Shown here one piece after another: positions 58,901 through 64,000 of a DNA stretch of 64,000 nt. Below the pieces are notes generated by a model. It did not search any database. It saw only the letters and a program-made list of their open reading frames with translations, and was not told where the DNA came from. Source of the DNA: Verrucomicrobiales bacterium (GTDB taxonomy: Bacteria; Verrucomicrobiota; Verrucomicrobiia; Limisphaerales; J093); contig JBBIJZ010000001.1 in assembly GCA_037445715.1 (NCBI GenBank), forward strand, positions 34,364-98,363. Direction: 5' to 3'. The translations under genes and the position numbers were made by a program. Every line of letters begins with the position of its first letter. Within the stretch, counting starts at the first letter, position 1.

Positions 58901-61460
58901 CAACGGCGAAGGCCACGAAAGCCTCATCATGGCCCCCAACACCCGCTATCGGCAGTGGGTGTTCCACCCGGCCACCGGTCGCATCGGCACCGCCGACTGG
59001 ATCAGCGCCGACACCGGCCGCCGCTTCCTGCTCCCCGCCGTCATCCTCCGCCGCGACCGCTCGCCCGACCGCGACGGTGACGGCCTGCGCGACACCGCCG
59101 AAATGATCCTCGGCACCAACGCGGACAAGGCGGACACCGACGGCGACGGCGTGGCCGACGGCGCGGAAATCCGCAACGGTACCAGCCCGCTGGACGGCCT
59201 GCCCGCCGCCACCGGCGTGCTGGCCGCCGCCGACACCCCCGGCAATGCCGTGGACGTGGTGGCCCGCAACAATTACGTGGTGCTGGCCGATGCCCAGGCC
59301 GGCGTGGCCTTCTTCGACATCCGCAGCGGCTTCACCCCCACCCTGATCGCCCAGGTGGACACCCCGGGCCTGGCCCGCGCGGTGGCCGTGCTGGGCTCGC
59401 CCACCAGCCGGGATGTCCTTCGCGCGGCGGTCGCCGACGGCCCGGCCGGCCTGACGGTGGTGGACCTCGAGTTGCCGGCCAACGGCCGCATCACCCAGCA
59501 GGTGAACCTGGGCGGCGAGGCCCTGGCGGTCACCCTGCGCGGCGGCGTCGCCTACGTGGGCTTGGACAACGGCTGGCTGGTCGTGGTGGACACCTACACC
59601 GGCACGGTGCTGGAACGCGTCCGGGTCAACGAACGCATCAACGACCTCGGCGCGCGGGGCGATTACCTCTTCGTGGTCACCCAAAGCCGTCTGCTGGTCT
59701 ACTCGGTGTGGGCCCTGGCGGAAAACCCGGTTGGCAGCCTGAATCTGAGCTTCTTCCCCGAGGGTATCACCCAGCGCCGCCGGTTGTTCCTGGGCAACCC
59801 CTTCGCCCTGATCACCAGTTACCCGGGCTACGACGTGGTGGACTTCAGCGACCCCGCGAACCTCGTCCGGCGCGGCCGCGCCACCGACGGCACGGTCAAC
59901 TCCTTCAAGCAAATCGTGGACAACGGCTCCGGCCTGGGCATCGCCGCGGTGGGCGTCAACCCCCGCAACGACGGCACCCACCACGTCTCGCTCTACGACG
60001 TCTCGAACCCGGACGTGACCACGCGTTTCCGTGCCACTTTCCCGACCCCGGGCATCGCCCACGCCGTCTCGCTCTTCAACGGCCTGGCCTACGTGGCCGA
60101 CGGCGAGGCCGGGCTGCAGGTGGTCAACTACCTGGCCTACGATGCCGGCAACCAGCCGCCCACCATCAGCCTCTCCGCCGATTTCCCGCTCGACCCCGCC
60201 CAGGCCGAGGAAGGCAAGCTGGTCGAGGTGCTCGCCACCGTGTCCGACGACGTCCAGGTGGCCCGCGTCGAGTTTTACGTGGACGACAGCCGGATCGGCA
60301 CCGACGGCAACTTCCCCTTCAGCCAGACCTTCGTGACACCGACCCGCACCGACGCGCGCACCTCCTTCCGGCTGCGTGCCCGCGCCTTTGACACCGGCGG
60401 GAATTTCACCTGGTCCACCGAGTACGAGGTCCAACTGGTGCCCGACGCCACCCCGCCGCGGGTGATCCGGCGCTTCCCGGCGGCCGGGGCCATCGTGGGC
60501 TCGACCGACACCGTCGCGGCCTACTTCAGCGAGGCCCTCCGCGAAAGCACCCTCGGCCCGGCCACCTTCCGCCTGCTCGCCGCCGGGGCCGACGCCGTGC
60601 TGGGCACGGCCGATGACACCATCCTGCCCGGCGGGGTGCTGGACTACCGCGACAGTCTCCAGGCGGCCTTCCTGACCTTCCCGGCGCCGCTGGAGCCGGG
60701 CCTGTACCAGGTCCAGGTGCTCCCGCCCATCGCCGACCTGGCCGGCAACCCCCTGGCCGCGCCCGTGGCCTGGAACTTCTGGATCCTCGGCCAGACCGAC
60801 TCCGACGGCGACGGCGTGCCGGACAACATCGAGGCCGCGCTCGGCCTGGACCCGAACAACCCGGACACCAACGGCAACGGCGTGCTCGACGGCCAGGAAG
60901 ACCCCGACCGCGACCGCCTGCCCACCGCCTGGGAACTGGTCTTTGGCCTGGACCCGCGCGTGGCAGATTCCGACGGCAACGGCATCAACGACGACCTTGA
61001 GGACAACGACAACGACGGCCTGCCCAACTTCCGCGAAGGGCAGACCGGCGGCAGCCCCCTCAATCCCGACTCCGATGCTGACGGCTGGGACGACAACGGC
61101 GAAGTGGCCGACGGCACCAACCCCGCCGACCCCGGTTCGACACCCCCGGTGCGGGTCAACTCCCTCGCGGCCAGTTTCCTCAATGCCCTGGCCCAGAGCG
61201 CGCCGGCGGGCACCCCGCTCCACGTGGCCAGCCTCAACGCCAGTTACCTGAACGCCCTGCCCAGCGCACCCCCGCCCGACACGCCGAAGGATGTGCTGTC
61301 GCTCCCGGTCAGCTACCTCAACAGCCTGCCGGCGACGGTGCCGACGGGTACGCCGCTCGACCTCCAATCCCTGCCGGCCAGCTACCTGAACACGTTCACC
61401 GCGCCCTACTCGGGGCCCGTGTTCGTGCCCTCGCCGGTGGTCAGTTACCTGAACCAATGA
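55980..61460 (+). CDS. Giant (~1826 aa) mosaic cell-surface/secreted protein: RFYRL module, SbsA-type Ig, CarboxypepD_reg-like, (DG)17 linker, HExxH segment, Big_2, thrombospondin-type-3 Ca-binding repeats, LVIVD-repeat propeller, Ig-like domains, C-terminal SYLN repeats
   Basis: N-terminal anchor MTSKQVLVGVVVTLLGVAYWA. Domain-diagnostic strings: GVTITVDGAEETLRTTTDANGFFKL, SLAHEVHHRD, SLTLGPGQSLQLQVIGRYDDGSEVDLT, DTDGDGRSD / DTDGDGVADG / DSDGDGVPD, AVDVVARNNYVVLADAQAGVAFFDI. Confidence 0.85.
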   Translation: MTSKQVLVGVVVTLLGVAYWARSQAPTLSVQPEPGRQVRLAWPQAAGDFLLEESRTLGPGAVWEPTGLSPVPEGDELAVRVEAASGARFYRLRFVGVAPLTVISNTSPPNGAHGVSVNRDTFIEFTAPLAANTLLSSNRFFAEFGGRRLLSRLELSSDRRRASLFYLENLPAGARIRVTFDGSGLNDAFGRGVDVDGDGQPGGGTNFFFDTFSATPLPNTAVIGRVFASDPEPGGRPGEFFNRPLQGVTITVDGAEETLRTTTDANGFFKLQPAPVGRFFVHVDGRTAVGSQWPNGDYYPFVGKAWEAVAGREDNLAAGTGEIFLPLIRGGSLQPVSTTQDTPVSFPPEVVQQNPVLSGVALTVPANALFDDAGNRGGRVGIAPVPPDRLPEPLPPGLALPLVITIQTDGPMNFDRPAPIRFPNLPDPRTGKKLPPGAKSALWSFNHDTGRWELGGPMTVTADGNFVETDPGVGVRQPGWHGTFPGSDGGCDNLIGGGDGDGDGDGDGDGDGDGDGDGDGDGDGDGDGDGDGDEDPCKDAGPPCGPNAAGPVDQSDWPITNDDTDPSGNYTRHRGFEVQGGICYDAATRTWRYRVNRLVWRGAINTSLNSGFPSTEPVIGVNVTSNNYCAIIEEMAGYLGRGRGSWHLRAASLAHEVHHRDVDWPGILNPLWQNIEAAIEAESVPCERAPAEAELILSNRVAQHQATLHTQFVQGVSAFNVGHDGARNDGAYQAGQAVLNVRINEIRNHATNQGWAPCPPFFLVRQNVALADHGAPHLVALEVNAASLTLGPGQSLQLQVIGRYDDGSEVDLTAAPQTVYESSSPAVATVNAAGQVTGVASGQVEITVRHAPGPDRHPIFGAISLLVPPDYDRDGDGMHDDWERQHGLNPNDPRDAMQDADGDGLRNIKEFEFDTDPRQQDTDGDGRSDFKETLDGTDPLTPDTRTRPASLGLHYFVLMNLETGLIEQRGVTGRNGEGHESLIMAPNTRYRQWVFHPATGRIGTADWISADTGRRFLLPAVILRRDRSPDRDGDGLRDTAEMILGTNADKADTDGDGVADGAEIRNGTSPLDGLPAATGVLAAADTPGNAVDVVARNNYVVLADAQAGVAFFDIRSGFTPTLIAQVDTPGLARAVAVLGSPTSRDVLRAAVADGPAGLTVVDLELPANGRITQQVNLGGEALAVTLRGGVAYVGLDNGWLVVVDTYTGTVLERVRVNERINDLGARGDYLFVVTQSRLLVYSVWALAENPVGSLNLSFFPEGITQRRRLFLGNPFALITSYPGYDVVDFSDPANLVRRGRATDGTVNSFKQIVDNGSGLGIAAVGVNPRNDGTHHVSLYDVSNPDVTTRFRATFPTPGIAHAVSLFNGLAYVADGEAGLQVVNYLAYDAGNQPPTISLSADFPLDPAQAEEGKLVEVLATVSDDVQVARVEFYVDDSRIGTDGNFPFSQTFVTPTRTDARTSFRLRARAFDTGGNFTWSTEYEVQLVPDATPPRVIRRFPAAGAIVGSTDTVAAYFSEALRESTLGPATFRLLAAGADAVLGTADDTILPGGVLDYRDSLQAAFLTFPAPLEPGLYQVQVLPPIADLAGNPLAAPVAWNFWILGQTDSDGDGVPDNIEAALGLDPNNPDTNGNGVLDGQEDPDRDRLPTAWELVFGLDPRVADSDGNGINDDLEDNDNDGLPNFREGQTGGSPLNPDSDADGWDDNGEVADGTNPADPGSTPPVRVNSLAASFLNALAQSAPAGTPLHVASLNASYLNALPSAPPPDTPKDVLSLPVSYLNSLPATVPTGTPLDLQSLPASYLNTFTAPYSGPVFVPSPVVSYLNQ
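57474..57584 (+). repeat. Imperfect hexanucleotide (GAY-GGN)17 tract encoding (DG)17-DED inside the giant gene
   Basis: Seventeen consecutive GAY GGN codon pairs were counted in frame from 57474, followed by GAC GAA GAC. Confidence 0.95.
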
Positions 61461-61498
61461 CTTCCCTTCTCCCCCCGCAGCAACAACACGATCCGCCC

Positions 61499-63559
61499 AT
61501 GAAAACCCAACGCAACTCGTACCTCCGCGCCGGCCTCCTCCTGGCGGCCGGCCTGTCCCTCCTGGCCACCCCGGCCCGGGCAGTGGACCCCGACCTGCCC
61601 TACGCCAGCGGCTCCACCGGGGCCGATGGCCCGCTGACCTTCCGCCAGGTGATCCCCGGCGGTCGCTCCTGGGGCAGCATGGCCTACGACGCGGCGCGCA
61701 ACCGCATCGTCCTCTTCGGCGGCCAGGTCAACGGCGTCAACCAGAACGACACCTGGCTGTTTGACGGCATCAACTGGACGCGGGTTTTCCCCGCCAACAG
61801 CCCGCAGCCGCGTTACGGTCACCGCATGGTCTATGACGCCGCCCGGCAGGAGGTCGTCCTGTTCGGCGGCCACCGCGGCGACACCCGGCTCAATGACACC
61901 TGGGTCTGGAACGGCACCGACTGGACCCAGAAGACCCCGGCCACCTCGCCCACCCCGCGCGAGTACCACGCCATGGCCTACGACGCCGCCCGGCAGGAGG
62001 TCGTCCTGCACGGCGGCAACTCCGCCGGGGCCGGCAACACCGAGACGTGGACCTGGAACGGCACCAACTGGACCCTCGAAGCGCCTGCCACCTCCCCGCC
62101 CGCCCACAACAACTCCGCCCTGGCCTACGACGCCGCTCGGCAGGAGGTCGTCCTGTTCGGCAATCAGGGCCAAACTTGGATCTGGAACGGCACCACCTGG
62201 ACCCAGCGCTCGCCCTTCGGCCCGCCCAGCGCGCGCAACCACCTCACCATGGACTACGACCCCGTCCGCCAGGAGGTGGTCCTGTTCAGCGGGAGCAACC
62301 AGTCCGACACCTGGACCTGGAACGGCACCGCTTGGACGCGGAAGACGCCCGCCAGCCAGATCGCCGGCCGCCAGGGACACATGATGGCCTGGCACAACGG
62401 CATCCAGCGCATGGTCGTGTTCGGCGGTGACATTCCCGGCGTGGACAACTGGTCGGCCGACACCGATTTCTGGAACGGCACGGACTGGGCCTTCCACAGC
62501 GGCAAGATTCAGACCTTTGACATGACCGGTCGCGCCAACGGCATCTGGAACTTCACCAGCATCAACGTTCCCAGCGGCATCACCGTGGTCTTCCGCAAGA
62601 ACACCGAGAACACCCCCGTCCGCTGGCTGGCCACCGAGGACGTGGTCATCAACGGCGCGGTGGACGTCAGCGGCGAGTTCGGCGCCAACAGCCTGCCGCC
62701 GGGCGTGCCCGCGCGCGGCGGCCCCGGGGGGTTCGACGGCGGCCGCGGCGGCATCCGCGTCTCCGCCTCGGGCAGCTTTGTGGGCGTGCCCGGCCTGGGG
62801 CCCGGCGGTGGTGCCCCGGGAACGGCCCAGCAGACCAGTCCCCAGAACCTGCGCGACGGCAAGAACGGTGAGTACAACGGTGTTTACGGCAACGCCTTCC
62901 TCCAGCCGCTGGTCGGCGGCTCGGGCGGTGGCGGCGGGGCGTCGAACAACGACACCGACGGCGGCAATGGCGGCGGCGGCGGCGGGGCGATCCTCATCGC
63001 CTCCTCGCGCGACATCACCCTCAACGGCGTCATCCGCGCCAACGGCGGCGAGCTTCAATGGAGCGGCGCCAGCCAGGGCGGTCGCGGCTCCGGCGGCGCC
63101 ATTCTCCTGCGCGCCGACCGGGTGTCCGGCCCCGGCACGCTCCAGGCCTACGGCGGCACCACTGGCAATCCCAACGGCCGCATTCGGGTCGAGGCCTACG
63201 TCCGGTCCCTCACCGGCGCGCAAACGCCCACGGCCGTCGTCGGCCTGCCCGCCGCCAGCGGCGAGCTCAACCAGGTCGGCACCCTCACCATCGTCAGCGT
63301 GGACGGCGTCAACGTCGTTCAGCCCCCCACCGGCAACCTCACCACGCCCGACGTGGTCTTCAGCGACGCCGGCCAGGTCAACGTGGTCATCAACGGGACC
63401 GGTATCCCGGACGGGACCCCCGTATCGTTGCGGGTCACCACCGCCACCGGGATCATCACCGCCGGGCCGGTCAACCTGGCCGGAGGCACGGTGACCATTC
63501 CGGTGACCGTGCCGGCGGGCGTGGGTACCTTGCAGGCCACCGCCCAGTTCACGCAGTAA
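61499..63559 (+). CDS. Secreted six-bladed Kelch-type beta-propeller protein with a C-terminal Gly-rich parallel-beta-helix-like region
   Basis: Signal peptide MKTQRNSYLRAGLLLAAGLSLLATPARA. Six ~49-aa repeats (YDAAR.EVVLFGG...DTW.WNGT.WT). A later GGSGGGGGASNNDTDGGNGGGGGGAILI...GGRGSGGAILL region. An alternative ATG at 61457 overlaps the upstream stop (ATGA). Confidence 0.8.
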   Translation: MKTQRNSYLRAGLLLAAGLSLLATPARAVDPDLPYASGSTGADGPLTFRQVIPGGRSWGSMAYDAARNRIVLFGGQVNGVNQNDTWLFDGINWTRVFPANSPQPRYGHRMVYDAARQEVVLFGGHRGDTRLNDTWVWNGTDWTQKTPATSPTPREYHAMAYDAARQEVVLHGGNSAGAGNTETWTWNGTNWTLEAPATSPPAHNNSALAYDAARQEVVLFGNQGQTWIWNGTTWTQRSPFGPPSARNHLTMDYDPVRQEVVLFSGSNQSDTWTWNGTAWTRKTPASQIAGRQGHMMAWHNGIQRMVVFGGDIPGVDNWSADTDFWNGTDWAFHSGKIQTFDMTGRANGIWNFTSINVPSGITVVFRKNTENTPVRWLATEDVVINGAVDVSGEFGANSLPPGVPARGGPGGFDGGRGGIRVSASGSFVGVPGLGPGGGAPGTAQQTSPQNLRDGKNGEYNGVYGNAFLQPLVGGSGGGGGASNNDTDGGNGGGGGGAILIASSRDITLNGVIRANGGELQWSGASQGGRGSGGAILLRADRVSGPGTLQAYGGTTGNPNGRIRVEAYVRSLTGAQTPTAVVGLPAASGELNQVGTLTIVSVDGVNVVQPPTGNLTTPDVVFSDAGQVNVVINGTGIPDGTPVSLRVTTATGIITAGPVNLAGGTVTIPVTVPAGVGTLQATAQFTQ

Positions 63560-63592
63560 CTGCTGACCGATACTTTCGGAACCTCCAGTCAC

Positions 63593-63626
63593 GGCGGGAT
63601 GAACGAGTTCATCCCGCCGTTTGGCT
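63593..63626 (+). terminator. Rho-independent terminator-like hairpin after the Kelch gene
   Basis: GGCGGGATGAA-cgag-TTCATCCCGCC (11-bp stem) followed by GTTTGGCTTTC. Confidence 0.55.
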
Positions 63627-63854
63627 TTCGGGCGGGGCCCGGACATTTGACCCTGCCGCTCTTGGGCACACCCGTTGTCGCCCCACCGGATCAACCAATC
63701 CGGCCAGGGCGCCATGGCTGAAGTTTTCGTTGGACGCCGCTGCGCCGGTGCCGAGCGTTGCTCCCACAGCGCCGGCGAGCCGGCGCACTCCATACGCTTC
63801 GCGCGGCAGCGGGCGCACCACTGCGCGGCCTTTACCCGGTTCTGGCCGGCCGAC

Positions 63855-63918
63855 CTGGCCGGAGCGTCGGCTTCCAGCCGGCCCGGGGTGGAACGGGCAA
63901 CCTGCCCATTCCGCCGGG
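63855..63918 (-). repeat. Short-form copy of the dispersed hairpin element seen at 2041-2187, in inverse orientation
   Basis: The reverse complement reads cccggcggaatGGGCAggTTGCCCgttccaccccgggccggctggaagccgacgctccggccagg. This is co-linear with 2041-2079 joined directly to 2163-2187. Confidence 0.75.
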
Positions 63919-64000
63919 CGACCCGCCCGGCGGCATGGCGCAAGTAGGGCGCCGTTGTGTCGGCGCCGCCCGGCCGGGCGCGCCGCAGCGCGGCCCTACC

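Noticed and set aside
55932-63943. Long minus-strand ORFs (55932-61457 and 61445-63943) opposite the giant protein and the Kelch gene.
   Set aside because: The sense strand shows coherent domain repeats (TSP3, Big_2, Kelch) and signal peptides. The antisense strand gives featureless Gly/Arg/Ala/Val runs, including an (SP)n mirror of the DG tract.
63609-63947. ORFs 63609-63821 (-) and 63675-63947 (+) in the terminal intergenic region.
   Set aside because: They overlap each other and the dispersed-repeat copy, and their translations are Ala/Arg/Gly-rich without motifs. They may be repeat-derived sequence. The window ends at 64000, so the context is incomplete.

Overview
This is a high-GC bacterial chromosomal segment. 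Its gene content suggests the PVC superphylum, probably Verrucomicrobiota: an H-X9-DG pseudopilin-like protein, a PEP-CTERM protein, a sulfatase, secreted proteins with 'RFYRL' beta-sandwich modules, and an EF-Tu with a [10 protein letters not shown] insertion. This taxonomic placement is inference only.

Most of the window is housekeeping. The core is the conserved block tRNA-Thr, tuf, tRNA-Trp, tRNA-Ser, secE, nusG, rplK, rplA, rplJ, rplL, rpoB, rpoC (30.5-43.6 kb), followed by a minus-strand tmRNA with tag (A)ANEELALAA.

Other confidently recognised units:
- A sulfate-assimilation cluster, cysI-cysH-cysD-[PAP2/haloperoxidase-like gene]-cysN.
- hemB, maf, a P1B-type metal ATPase, an S41 tail-specific protease, Nnr, ArgA, an L,D-transpeptidase and a PQQ/cytochrome-c dehydrogenase.
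- A tightly packed four-gene unit: two thymidylate-kinase-like genes, a ROK kinase and Ppx.

I found no mobile elements, CRISPR arrays, rRNA, or recognisable defence or toxin systems.

The observations most worth follow-up are:
1. One uninterrupted ORF fusing an LMW phosphatase, RpiB and serine hydroxymethyltransferase.
2. A modular, hairpin-rich intergenic repeat family. It is tandemly duplicated at 2.0-2.3 kb, and a short inverted copy lies at 63.9 kb.
3. A 7.6-kb surface-protein locus. It holds a ~1826-aa mosaic adhesin-like protein with a (DG)17 tract, an HExxH motif and an unusual C-terminal 'SYLN' repeat ending the protein. This gene abuts, and by one candidate start overlaps, a Kelch-propeller/Gly-rich beta-helix protein.
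4. Two tandem small paralogous genes of unknown function, head-to-head with a pseudopilin-like gene.
5. A promoter-like site followed by a strong intrinsic terminator just upstream of tRNA-Thr/tuf.

All family assignments come from motif recognition by eye. No database search was possible. The many long antisense ORFs in the track are treated as high-GC artefacts.
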